A stretch of DNA of 64,000 nt from NCBI GenBank assembly GCA_047495785.1, contig JBLDXI010000013.1:1488001-1552000 (forward strand), written 5' to 3'. The DNA comes from Lepidodermella squamata. Lineage: Eukaryota; Animalia; Gastrotricha. This document shows, piece by piece, positions 36,037-48,771 of this stretch; positions within the stretch are counted from its first letter, which is position 1, and each line of letters begins with the position of its first letter. A model generated the notes under the pieces. It was not told the origin of the DNA and searched no databases. It was given only the letters and a program-made list of their open reading frames with translations. The translations under genes and the position numbers were made by a program.

Positions 36037-38624
36037 CCCTGTCGGAAACGGATAGCCCAACTTAGGCTATTTTTGGAGCGAAAATTTTTGGGCCCAAATA
36101 CACTCCAGTTTTCGTCCAACTATTTGAGCCTATGGTAGGCCTAACAAATTCAGAATTTTCTTTGCTATTTAACCACCAATTTAGCCTATTTTAGGCTTTT
36201 GATAAAGAATTTGAATAAAAAATATTACCGAAAGCGCCGATGTTAGGCCATTCTGGAGGTTCGCAACTGCCATGTTAGGCTTAGTTGGAGTTACAGCTTT
36301 TTCCGTTTTGAAAATGTGCAAAATTAACGTCTAATTTAGCCTAAACTGAAGGTTAATTTTCATTTAAATAGGCTATTAAAAGCCCTCTCCTTCCGGTTCC
36401 TTTCCTCTCCTTTCCTTTCTTCTCTCTTCTTATCTTCGTCACTATTCTTTATACCCGAAATGAGACATTAAATCCACATCAATAATTTTTATTTTACCAA
36501 TCAAACGATATAAAATTTGTTTCACAACTAATAATATAAGAAGGCAAATAATAATAACAGTCATTAGTTAGGCATCAAAGCCTGTTGTTCTTGCTCCGGC
36601 TGGCGCTGATTGCCGTCGCGGTGAAAAATTGTTGTTGAACCGAAGCCTTGAGCTGCTTGGTAACAAAATCCGCATCGCTCCATCCTTGGGCTCCATTGCT
36701 AGATGCCAATCCAGCCAATCTGAACTAAAACAGGAATTAATGCGAGTGAATTGTCAAACAAACAACTTTAAGCAAGAAATAATTTCTCATTTTATTTTAC
36801 AATTTTTAATTGAATTTTGTAAGCTAAATTTGAATGAGAAAAAATGGAAAATTTGCAAGTGGAAAAATATTTCAAGTCCCTCTAAAATTTCCCAGAATTT
36901 TGAAATTTCTAATATTTTTTGAAATTTTAGTTAATACGCAGAATTTTGATCGATAATTTTCTATAATTTATTAGCATCGACTTACTTTAACTAGATTATC
37001 ATTTTGTGATAGCCCAGGGAAAACACGATATTCGCCTTGCGCTAACGTTACTGCATGTCAGCAGAATTCTGTTCAAAAAATAGAAAATTCATGCAAACTT
37101 AATCCATTGTAATGGCGACCTGATTTTCAATCGATTTAGGACGAATTCGATCGATTCTGTAAAATAAATAAATAAATAAAAAAAAAAGATTTGATCAAAT
37201 AGCTATACCAATCGGAATTAGCTGCACTTAGCTTATGCCAAGTGAAACATTGTATGAGAAAATGGTCAGCAAGTTAGACTCTAATCTTCATACAAATAAA
37301 AGTAAGAAAAATGACTTGCTTTTGAGAAGCAAAAAACCGAAAATGAGAGAAAATAATTCTTGCTTTTCGATGTCGTTACTGTTTGCATCACAATGAAAGC
37401 CCCCTGCGTAACAATCACGCGTAATAACGCAACAAGGAAATTTGACCTCGAAAACTAGGTCGATAATTTAAAAGCAATTTTTGGTTGATTTTTGGTTTCA
37501 AGGAGCTATACGAGCCAACGGCTAAGGGATATCGGCTATCGGCTACGCCGCTCAATCATTTTACTAATTTCATATTATACTTCATCCAAAATTGAAAACT
37601 GTGCCTCTGAATTTCCAAAGAAGTTAATATTTTCCGTTTTAATTTTCAAGGCAATTCAACCAAATTTTCAATCCATTTTTGGCCTGTGCTCTCATTTTTC
37701 GAAATTCATTGCTTGAGTGGCTTGAGTAATAAAATCTCAAACTAATTAAACCAAAAAACCAGCTACTAATTGTGTATTTCGGTAAAGTGTAAAATGCGAG
37801 TAGATTTCGATATTTCCCTCAAGGCCTGAGGTTTGGCATTTTTTTGGTATTTGTTCTCTACCAAAATGCATTAATAAAAATTTACCGCAGTATTCAACAA
37901 TTTATTTGAATTTTTTTCAATGTATTCAATAATGTTTAAATGGGCAGTTTACGTCCACGCAGTATTTTTGCCACAGCACTTTTTGCCAAGTTATCCTAGA
38001 CAATACTCTGACTTATATTTTTCGTCTATATTCTGTTCATCTCGATCAGCTGCTATAGCTGCCCATTAATACCAACCACATAAATTATAATTAATTCTAG
38101 ATTTTCGAGCACTTTCGAGAAACAGCGCTTCATAAAAATCTATCAATTCCGATTATTCGCTGATTTATTTCCAATTTATTGGGGATTTTGCTGAAAGCCG
38201 CGTAGAAAGCCACGTGTTTGCTTGAAGAAATTGATGAAAAAATCGAAAGAGTAAAAATGACTGAAAAAATCACAAAAGTCGTGAAAAATAGAGAAAATCG
38301 TGTGTCGTTGGCTATTTTAGGCTCCTCCAATGCCTAAGCCTATCCGAGGCCAACTTTGAATTGATCTGAAAAAGGCTAAAATCGTCAAATTGTTGAAAAA
38401 ATGAGCAAAGGCTAAATAAGGCCAAATTGGAGGTTGCGACTTTAGGTCGTTTTCAGCCGAATCTCAGGAAGCCTATCGAAGCCTAAATTGGAGGTTGCTC
38501 TTTTTGACGAGAGCCAACGCAAAAACACTTCAACATGGTAAAAGCCTATCGAAGGCTAAATTAGGAGTTCGACTTAGTGGCTAAGCCCAAAAACCCTATC
38601 TGAGCCTACGGATTTTCGACAGGG
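36037..38624. mobile_element. Non-autonomous CMC/EnSpm(CACTA)-like DNA transposon
   Basis: Termini CCCTGTCGGAAA ... TTTTCGACAGGG (imperfect TIR), AA flanking both ends (possible 2-bp TSD), clustered subterminal repeats (TAGGCT, AGGCTAAATTGGAGGTT) at both ends, AT-rich interior without an intact ORF. Confidence 0.75.
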
Positions 38625-39170
38625 AAAAGGATTCTGGGTATAGCTGTCGACCGGCAAAATAAGTTCGACAGCCTTCAGCAGTGTCTGACCGTTTGTGCTA
38701 TTTACGTCGGCCCAAATCGGAACCGCGGTTTTAACCATCGAATAGACCGTCAAAGACAAACGCTAATTAACAGTTTTTGTCTTTATTTTCTGTCAATATT
38801 TTCGGCGCTTCCAAGACAATTAACCACCAAAGTTAGCTTTTCATCGATATTTATAAAAAAAATCGTTCAATTACAACACGTCGAGTAGTTGATATAATAG
38901 AGTAAAAGGACGGTGGATGCTTCGATAAAATTATTGAACATGTTTTAAAATTAGGACATTTAAATAATAATAGTATATTAAAGCCGTATAATGTAAAATT
39001 TAATTTCGGGGACAAAATTAATGTTGAGAATTTAAAATAATTTGTGACTATGATTTTACCTCGTCGTTATTGAGGTCGGATCGCAATCATTTCAGAGTGG
39101 AAAAATAATGTAAGATAGCTGTTTTATAAGCTGATGATAATATCATTGATTGTGTGAACAAAGAAAACTG

Positions 39171-42100
39171 TTAAGGCTGCTTTTTCGACGTGTAATGATC
39201 AAACGTTGAGTTGGTTAACGAGCCAGTTGAATTGACTGAGTCAACTTTTCGCACACTCGAGTGCGGCTGCGACGACGTCGACGACACAGATTCGTGGCCG
39301 GACGAGCCGGCCCAGTGCGAGCCGACAGGCGGCGGCGCATCGCCGTTATCATCGCCCTCTTCCTCTTCAATCGAAGACTGATCGCCGATCAGTAGACTGC
39401 CGACATCTCGCGTCACCGTGCTAGCATCGTCGTCGTCGTCGCATTCGTCGCTCTCGTGCCCGCCGATCGCTGCGATTGCATTGAGATGCTCGGCGGCCGC
39501 GCCCAGCACGTCGTCGTGGTACGACGATGAAGCGTAGGCGGTGGGCGCCGCTGTGTGGTGATAGCCCTGGTGGCGGTTCGTCGTCGCCGCCGCTCGTTGC
39601 GCAAATCGGCGCCGATGCGCGCGTTCCGCCGACCTGCTCGACAGCACAGGCGACGTCGGCGCCGATGAGTGCTGGCCCCACGCCTCGTGGCTGATGGTCG
39701 GTTCCTGTCGCGGCACTTCCTTCGTCTCGATTTCAACAATGTCATTCTGGCTGGGCGAGGTAACGATGACAGCGGCAGGGGGTGGCATGTCCGAGGCAGT
39801 CGGCGGTTTGTTGCCGCTATTGCTGGCGGCAGCGGCGGCGGCTGCGGCGGCGGACATGCTTATCCTTCGAACAAAGTCGTCGGATGGGGCGATGATTTGA
39901 ACTTCGGGAATGCGCCATGTTGGCGATTGCGGGCCGTGCTTGCCCGACTTGTTCGAACCGCGGCGCGCAATCGAAATCGGCTGCTTGGGCGCTTTGGCGC
40001 TGGGCGATCTAAAAATGACACAATATGTCAAAGTGGCGTGATTTTAGACCCTCTAAAATTATCAGATGCGAGAATATTCAAAGCAATTAATTTAAGTGGT
40101 GTGACAACCTATCGTATCTTACACACCTTAGTCGTAATTTTCGTACTCATTGCTCATCTTCAAGGTCAACCGCAACTGCATACGCTTATTAATTTTACAT
40201 CAGCATCTAGTTTTCAAAGGACTTTGGTCCATAATTTTATAAAACATGATTAGATTGCAAGACTAAAATAGAATGCCGGGCCACGGGTTTGAGCTTTATC
40301 GGGAAGGATATTTTCCTATATTTACGCTTCGCTGCCTCAAGCAACCCTGACACTTCAAGTCCCAAAAACTAAAATGCCCAGTAATGAATCCGATTACGAG
40401 TATATCGCTTGTTTGTGTCCGAAATCAGCAAAAACTCGGTCACCAGCGCACATAATCCCAGCACCCATCCAGGTAAGATAATAAATGCTAAATTTACTCC
40501 TTTGAGTGTGATTTGTGACATATGATTTCAGTTGAGGGCAAAAACGATGAGACTAAAAAAATATGGAAATTGTAACAAAAAAGACTCACTTGTTTTCTTC
40601 CTCATGAGGTTGACTTTTGTCGAGAATTTGTTTTGTCACAGCTGGTCCAGAAATCACAAGGCCGACGGAGACTAGCGCCTTAATGCTGCTATAGTTGCTT
40701 TTGCGCTTCTTCGAAAACGACCGTATCCACTTCCTAGATTTTTGCAACAACCTCGATATGGTACCACGGCGTTGGTCACTCGCGCCACGGCTTTTAGCCG
40801 CCATTTGCTCGCGTTCGGCAATTCGATCGATCTCGCCATCACTGCCCCAAATCGATCTGTGCCGCGTTAGCACCGACTGCCCAGCTTGGACTAAATGCCG
40901 GACAAGTGACGGGAAAGTGCTTGACATCTCCTTGATCACAGCGGCGCAAGGCGTTCGGCCGCAAAATTCCGCCCATTGCAACGCATTTTTCTTGCGATGC
41001 CGATCGGCGAAAAACGGATTCGCGCCAGCCTCCATAAGAATTTTCGCGCAATCTGTGCGGCCATTTATGGCAGCCTGAATAAGCGCGGTGTAGCCTTTGC
41101 GGTTCTGATGGTCCAGTTTAACGTTACGGAATTCTTTCAGCAATATTCGAATGCAGTCAACGTGGCCAGCTTGTGCTGCTAATATCAGTGGAGTGTTGCC
41201 TTCCTTATCCTGTCGATTTGGGTCGATTTCAGGAATAAATGATAGGAATTCGACGGTCAAAACCATTCCGTTTCCACATGCGATGCAAAGCGGGGTCTAG
41301 TAAATGAAATTAAAACAAAAATAAAATTAATCTTCATTTGTTTTGTTTATTGAAAAGTTTTAGATTTCGAATTCATTTTCCGCTTTTGAAAATTTGTTAA
41401 TTCTCGATTGAAAAGGCTTTCTCATTTCAGCATCGATCTCGTGATACTGTTTATGCCCGTGGGTGGATGTCGGGACTACTAGTAGGTATATAACACGTGA
41501 TCCAAATTATTTTTCTTAATTTTCCTACTAAGCCATTCGAGGCATATCAGTCACAATATTCACAGTGCCAAAAATCTGAGTCATCGAATAACGCAAAATT
41601 TTCCCATAAATTCAACAATAAAACTCAACTTCAGAGCCAGCAATGTAAAACGCTCTTTGTCCAGTGATAAAAACTCCTAATACTGTAAAGATTAAAGGTC
41701 TGATAGCTGCAGAATTAGCATTAGGCTAGCTTCTTTTTAATAAACAGACTCTGCACTATAATTTAATTTGAGGCAGAACCTATCATGAGATGGACAAATT
41801 TTGGTTCAAATTGAGTGAAATTCCCGAAATTTCCAAGGTAAAACCTGACTCATTAAATTTTGGATTCGGAACTAAAATTCGAAGATACGATGCCAAATCT
41901 TTGAAGATGCTAAAAATTTACCCGTCCTTGAACGTCTCGTTCGTTTGCTTCAGATGCCGAGATGCCTTTGACGACCATTTTGCGAACTTTCCTCACATCG
42001 CCATTTATCACGGCCTGTAACAGTGTAACAGGCGGCTGGTTGCTGGAACTACCCGAAGAACTGCTATTCGATGACGCGGGTGGGGTGAGCGTGACGCTGG

Positions 42101-42275
42101 ACGGCAGCGGTACATCGGGGCAGCCTTTTTCATCGCCAACCGGGTCATCGGCCGGGGCTCCTGTGCCTTCGTTCTTGTTGTTAGCCGATCGGCTGTTAAC
42201 GAAGCTCGAACTGCTGCTAGCGTGCGACAAATCCGAACCGTAAGTCGCAGAGTGGACGAAACCGCCAGACGACAT
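39171..42275 (-). CDS. ANKRD33B/ANKRD63-like ankyrin repeat protein with low-complexity C-terminus (3 exons)
   Basis: Exons ~42275-41922, ~41297-40590, ~40008-39171. DKEGNTPLILAAQAGH..LDHQNRKGYTALIQAAINGRTDC..GA.P...D..R.KNALQWAEFCGR resembles the ANKRD33 family. Confidence 0.8.
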
Positions 42276-45033
42276 AATATCAACTTGATTTTGATTTGGG
42301 CGCCTTATAGACTATGAGTAAGTGTATGAGGTCAAGAGGCGAGCTGAAGGTTAAGTTATCGCAACTTTTCCGCGCAATGATCGCTGACGAGATAGATTGT
42401 CATGCTGTCTTTAATACTACCACCTATTTGACGAAGCGGCAATTTAAAAATAGTCTATCAATAGCGAAATAAACTTCAAAGTGTGTCTCGGGGAAAATCT
42501 GCGGCAGTTAACAGGAGGATACTCATAGGCGGGATAATAATTTTGCTATAAATCGATCGGCATTTTCAGTGATTTGTGCAGACGATATACTGCTGTGGTT
42601 TAAGCAATCCGCATCGATAGCAGCAGCAGCAAGCCAGTACTTACGCTTTGCCGTGCGATTTTTAAAATGATGATGATAATAATACAAGAAAAGACTATCG
42701 TGTAATAGTTATAATACTGCTGCTATTCATTCGCAATTTTGCTCACATTTCAGCGTGCGGGTAAAAGCCTCTTGTTCGCGACGACACAGGTGTATCTCTT
42801 GCGTACATGGTTAGATATATAAAAAAAATTTATCAGCGCCCAAATCGATAATCTGTAGCTGCGCGTGAAATGATAGGTAATATATCTGAAATCGTACAAA
42901 TAACAGAGAGCTGCCTTTTTCATAACAGCCTCACTGCTGTAGCAGACGGCGATGCGTAATGTCATCGAAGCGACTGCTGTGTATAATTGACAAGCGCCAC
43001 GTTTATCAAGGACCCTGACAACGTCGTCGTCGTGACGCTTCGATTTATCGTTATTAATATTATAAAGAGGAGATTATTTTTTCTCACTCGCTGCAATCAC
43101 TGACTATGCGGTGATGTTTTGCTCACGGGCGCCGCGCGCGCGAGAAGGATGCGCGCCTGCTGTCTTTATTGCGCTCAAAATTTAATTATCTTTGAATGCG
43201 CTCTTTTCATCGTCGCGCACTGCGAGACACGTTATCAGGAATTTCGTACCCTGTTGCTGCTATGATGCCGAGTCAATACTTTTATCCTCCACCTATATAT
43301 CGCTCTGCTATATATCAGGACAATGCCGTAAAATACCCGCCAAATTCGAAATTTTTCAACAACCGTATAAAATATTTGGCGTCGTTAATCTTTGAATGCC
43401 GAAATACGGAGTGAACGCGAGACTTGAGTAATTGAATGAAAACAAAGATAGCGATGGAAGGTATCGGTAACAAGGGATGCGCCATTTTGATGCTGCTTAT
43501 GTCGTTCAACTCCGAACGCGTGTGAGATGATTAACTGTGCGCTTCTTGACAGGAATTTACTGCAACACAAACACACGTTACAATATACTGTATATGTCCA
43601 CCTTGTGCGCTGGCCACCATACCAACAAGAATTTTACGCGTGCTCTTGATGCGCACTCAAAAATGAAGATATTATTTACGCGCAGATATATAAAAATTGT
43701 GTTCAAACAAATAACAACATACGCTCTGTGTTAAATAGTCATTATTGTACGACTAAAGTTACGACATCAGGGCTGCTACTGTAATATTCGCCATTATCAT
43801 ACTCGTATATTATAATCTCAAAAAATTGCTGACTTCTATTGGTACTTATATATTAACGGCCATAACGAGCATTAACAGCAACTACCTTTTTAGAGGAAGA
43901 GCTTCGGCTATTAGTCTGCCTCCCCCACATGGCCGTTATAGACTCGCCAATGTGAAAAAAAATAACGGCACTCGAGTCTATATAAATTTTTTCAAACACG
44001 ATAAAGCTTAGCCGCCTCCTTGGGCAGGCATGGTTATCATCTTTATATTAAGAGTGGCCACTTCGTATTAATAATTATTGTTAACCCTACCTGGAACATG
44101 TCGGCTAGTTTTTTTCTTGTTCAGAATTTTCCTTCAAGCTTGCTTTTATATCCGCAGAGGTTTGCACTCGATCTAAAAGCAAAGGCTTTCTTTCCAACTA
44201 ACACTAACAAAAACAAACACCTCTAAATATGTAGTAATTAGCGTTGGTTTTCTGCAGCTAACGCACAGGTGCTCATTTTTATAGAACTTGATAATTAAGT
44301 CCTTACTGTTGTTAGTGTTTGACAAAAATAATAAAACTGGTCTAATTACTGTTTATACTCGAGTATTTAATAAAAATGGAATCATTTTTTGCAACACCGC
44401 TCGCCAAAAGTGAGCCTTATATACATGCTTTTGCACAGCGAGTCGCACACTTGACACATGCTGATTCGCTCGCGGCTCGCGACCCAGCGCGTTTACCTGG
44501 CGAAAGCGAGCGCAACAGGTGAAAAACATACGAGCTCGCGCGGCAAGTGCGCCTTATAAGCTAGCCTCGGTTTTTTTACGCCGAGCTATTAGCATCTCCA
44601 AAAATAATAATAATAATAATAGTAGTAATCACTACGCGTGTTGTTTTGCGTTTGTTACTACGTTTCCAGCTTAAATTGTTGGCGACGAAATTATTTGGCG
44701 AGTACAGCCAAATTACCTAACAGTATCCTTAACCTTGAGCGATATAGCCTTAAACCGACAGTATTCAAATTATTATCAAAACATTAAATAAAGGTGTTTG
44801 TAGAGTAAGCAATTTTTTTATTATTTTTTGTTCATGTTCACTCACATAGCTTAACAGCAACCGCCGCATCCTTTCACTGACAATCACGGATACGTATCTC
44901 CCCCTCTTATTTTTTAAATAGGGATTAGCAAATTATAGCGCCACTTTCTTTAAATGTACTGTTATTCACTGTGTCAAATTTGACTTGTCAATAGACTTTT
45001 TATAATTCGCCTGTGTCATTTAAACCGAAAAAA

Positions 45034-46712
45034 ATGCGCCACCGATCGTTGATCAAAGTAATAGTAAAGCTACTACTATTCGCATCGGTTTCAGGTAAGC
45101 TAGCTGAAAGAAGCCTTCATTCACGATCTTAACTTTTTTCCAAACTAGCCCAAGTAGCCCAGCCAGCTCCTCGAAGTAAGAATCTCGCTCCTGATTTGTA
45201 GCAGGGTGAATGAAGTTTGAATTTTTCCTAGGTGGTTATTGGGACGTTTGCGGACCTTCGAACTTGTACTCGACCGATTACCAAATATGTTGCGGCGATA
45301 AAATTTACCAAAACCTACGAGGCGACATCGACTGCTGTAGTGGTGTGGCTTACAATAGGACAGTCAACTATTGCTTCAACAATAATGTATTGACTTTTCG
45401 GCCAGTTTCAAGATATGTGTTCAAATCGAGTTTTTATTTAGGAAATTCGTCCTGTTATGTCGAGCTTACCGCAGCCGAACCCGGCTCCATCCGTTTTCTT
45501 TGGCTCTTTGCCCGTTCAGCAAAGAGCCCCAGCCCCGGCTGTGAGCCCAGTCGTTGTTAGTCCTGTGATCAGTTCGGTCCCAGTTGTTAACCCTGTAGTC
45601 AATCCTGTTATTAACCCATCGCAAATGATGCCAAGCGTGTCGAATGTCCTCACAGTTCCAGTTTCAGCTCCCGCACCCGCAGGAGGAGTTAACACTAAGC
45701 CTCAGTCTGGCTACCGATGTGGTTCGGCTGTTCTTGACGCTAACGTCGCGACTACCAAGACGACCCTATGCTGCGGTAATGTCGCGTTCGACGCGAGGTA
45801 CCAATTATGCTCCGACTTTGGCCCAGCCCCGATTCAAGCCGCTGGCATCCAGGGCGCGTTGACTGTCTCATCGCCCGAGAAGTACTACACCTGCGGCTTG
45901 GACCAAGTGCCGTCGAGTGCAGTTACGTCCTACGACACGGCGTTCTGCTGCGGCACTGTTGTTTACGACAGCCGATTTTACACATGCACCCGCAACAACG
46001 CCGTAGTTCCGCAAGTGCCTTTCAGCCAAGTGCCAGGCGTTCAAGTACAACCGCAGCCGCAACAACAACAACAACTGCCGCCCGTCGACAATCGCCCGCG
46101 CCCGTCCGCCTACCCGCCAGTTAGCGACGGCTTCACGCGCGTCCGCTGCCTGTCAAACTTGTTCGATGTCCCGACAAATCACATGACTTACTACTCGTGC
46201 TGCGGCTCGCAAGCTTTCGATGAACGGTACTTTGTCTGCACGTCAACGGGCACTGGATCGCCAAGGGCCCAACCTATCAACAATCAAGTGCCACAGCCAC
46301 AGCCTCAACCCCAGCCACAACCAATGCCCCAACCGCCACCTCAGCCTCAACCTCTTCGTAAGTCTTAAGAGGGACATTCTCACTTTTGGATCATTGCCAA
46401 TTTTAGGAATTTATTACCGTGGGAATTTCTGAAAAAAAATTAATTATACCCAGCTTGGATAACGGTCAGAATGTTGTGGGTGTAATGTGTTTTCTTTTGT
46501 TAATTACAGCTAGCGATCCTATCCAGCCTCAACCATCGGCGCCACGAACATCGACACAGCTGCAGTGTGGAAAGCGCATCTACTTGTTCGGCCCACCCAC
46601 CTACGGTACGTACATGCAATGCTGCGGCGAAGACGTGTTCGACGTGCGCTCCGACACCTGCATAGGCACGACGAAAATTACAGGCGGCGCTCAAACCGGC
46701 AAGAAGAAATGA
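45034..46712 (+). CDS. Galaxin-like secreted Cys-Cys repeat protein with Pro/Gln/Val-rich linkers
   Basis: Signal-like first exon MRHRSLIKVIVKLLLFASVS. Repeated C-G-x(n)-CCG-xx-(Y/F)D-x-R-xxx-C modules separated by PQPQ/PVV linkers; several short introns. Confidence 0.75.
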
Positions 46713-47363
46713 ACACCTGGCGACAACTAGTAAAATTGTATTATAATATACCCCCGACGTTGTACATATATTCATCCACGTTTCTATTCGCATTTTTCTC
46801 ACTTCAGCTCTTTTACTCTGCGCTAAAAAAATTACTGAAAAAAAATGAAAAAGAAACAGAAGAGAAATAGCAAGTGCTGGATTATATGTTGGGAATGACA
46901 GTTTTAGCTTAATTTCTCATTTTGACATGTGATTGTATCGTTTGATTGCTCGCGAACAAAAAGTGGCGCGCACTTTTGTTGTTGCGAGTCTGTTTTTGTG
47001 CTTGCTTTTGTTTTTCGACCGTGCCATTGTCTTTTGGAAAAGGAGAGGATATACATGTATGATGTGGAAGCGCAGCCTGATGTCGTTGCTTTTTGTAAAA
47101 AAAATCATTACATTCTTTGTTAACAAAAATGCTGCCGTCTCTCGCTACCTGTCATCGGTATTATATCATCGTGCAACAACTGCTGAACATTTGATTTTTT
47201 GAAAAAATTGAATGCAAAAAAACTGCGTTTCAAATGACGCGCTGAAAAAAGGAAGAAAAAGCAGCTTTCTTATCAAGACTTTTTTTTATCAAACTCAACA
47301 CCTACGCTGTAATCCATTATCCAGTGACAAAAATGAGATGACAATCGTATAGCAGAGACAAAA

Positions 47364-48632
47364 ATGAAATTAATACTGGTATTAGCAGCATTTATCGTAG
47401 CATCGTTCTCTTACGATGACGATTGGCTGACAGATGGCGGCGATACGGCTCACACTGGCTTCAAGCGCTACCGATTGGGAAGTGGGGCTAATTCTTTGAA
47501 TCTAGTTTGGAGTCACCCTACTTCTGATGCTGGGTTCTTCACCAATGATTTGCTTGTTTTCGTCAGCCTAGCCTACTATGTTCACCCATCCGGAGAGGTT
47601 CACATCATCGACACAAATTCAGGCGACTTTGATGTTATTAAGCTGGATACAACAGGTTCCAGCCAGTTCCGTGCGCTAATAATCGATGACATTTACGGCA
47701 TGTTATACGCTTATGAAACGAATTCCCAAACCCTTTACGCTGTCGACCTGCAAAAATACGAGGTTGTTTGGACCCAAAAAGTTAGCATAGTGAATGGCTA
47801 CACGGTTAGCAGTTCCTTATCGCGATTCTACTGCGATGGCGAGCAACAAGGCGGGCTTGTGGCCTTGGACCCGTATAATAGCGGCGCTTTCATCGCCAAT
47901 TTCACATCAGCGCCTGGCAATGGTTATCCTAACCAATTGACCTTGGCAAGTGATCGAATTTTCAGCCACACTGGGCGCAGTGCTTTGGTCGAATACGACG
48001 CTTTGGATGGCCATGTTGTTTGGGCTAGTGATACTGTGAATAAATTAAGGCCGTATAGCATCACCATTGCCGCATCAAATTTAGCTATCATTTCGGCGGA
48101 TGAAAATGAAATATCAGCGGTGGATATCGATTCGCATGAAGTTAAATGGACAACCGTTAATTCGCCAAGTTATTGCGAGCTCGACATCGCAACCAATGGC
48201 GATTACATCTATCGACCTTGCTCGTTGGAACTTCGAGTTTTCGATGTTAAAACCGGTAAATTAGATAAAACAATGACATTCCCCGAGAAGCTTGGTTCGA
48301 TAATCAAAAGGCCAATTGTTTCGTTGGACAGCGTTATAGTAGCTACGACTTCTGGAATAGTTGTTTTCGACAAAATTACAGGAGAGGTCAAGATCGAACA
48401 CGCGTTGAGCCAAATACAATCCCTATCTTTTTATCGAGGAAACATCTTTGCTGTTACTGCGGATCACGTCATCCACGCATTCGACCCAACCCACGTGGAT
48501 CCCGATGAAACTACGGTAACACAGCCGATGACTTCGACGGTTGTAGTACCTACTACGACAAGCAAAGCCTCTGTCACTACAGTCGAAAACTTGACTTTCT
48601 GTTTGTTCTTTTTGCTAACATTTTTGATGTAA
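47364..48632 (+). CDS. Secreted, probably GPI-anchored PQQ/BamB-type beta-propeller protein (intronless)
   Basis: Signal peptide; WLTDGGDTAHTG start motif; repeated (L/I)xAxDxxxGxxxW blades; Thr-rich stalk; hydrophobic C-terminus FCLFFLLTFLM. Confidence 0.85.
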   Translation: MKLILVLAAFIVASFSYDDDWLTDGGDTAHTGFKRYRLGSGANSLNLVWSHPTSDAGFFTNDLLVFVSLAYYVHPSGEVHIIDTNSGDFDVIKLDTTGSSQFRALIIDDIYGMLYAYETNSQTLYAVDLQKYEVVWTQKVSIVNGYTVSSSLSRFYCDGEQQGGLVALDPYNSGAFIANFTSAPGNGYPNQLTLASDRIFSHTGRSALVEYDALDGHVVWASDTVNKLRPYSITIAASNLAIISADENEISAVDIDSHEVKWTTVNSPSYCELDIATNGDYIYRPCSLELRVFDVKTGKLDKTMTFPEKLGSIIKRPIVSLDSVIVATTSGIVVFDKITGEVKIEHALSQIQSLSFYRGNIFAVTADHVIHAFDPTHVDPDETTVTQPMTSTVVVPTTTSKASVTTVENLTFCLFFLLTFLM

Positions 48633-48771
48633 AACGACAATGATGCGCGTGCCAGATGTAGATCAAAAATCGCGTGCTGACACTCTTTTCAAGGGTGAAC
48701 ATTTTCCAGAATTGCAGCTCTCGAAATAAAAATACTGCTGAAAAACTACTATTTCATTGTTTTTATTTAAA

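Noticed and set aside
42300-45000. Short ORFs and GC-rich palindromic patches between divergent genes
   Set aside because: No recognisable protein or RNA family; probably promoter or UTR sequence that I cannot define.
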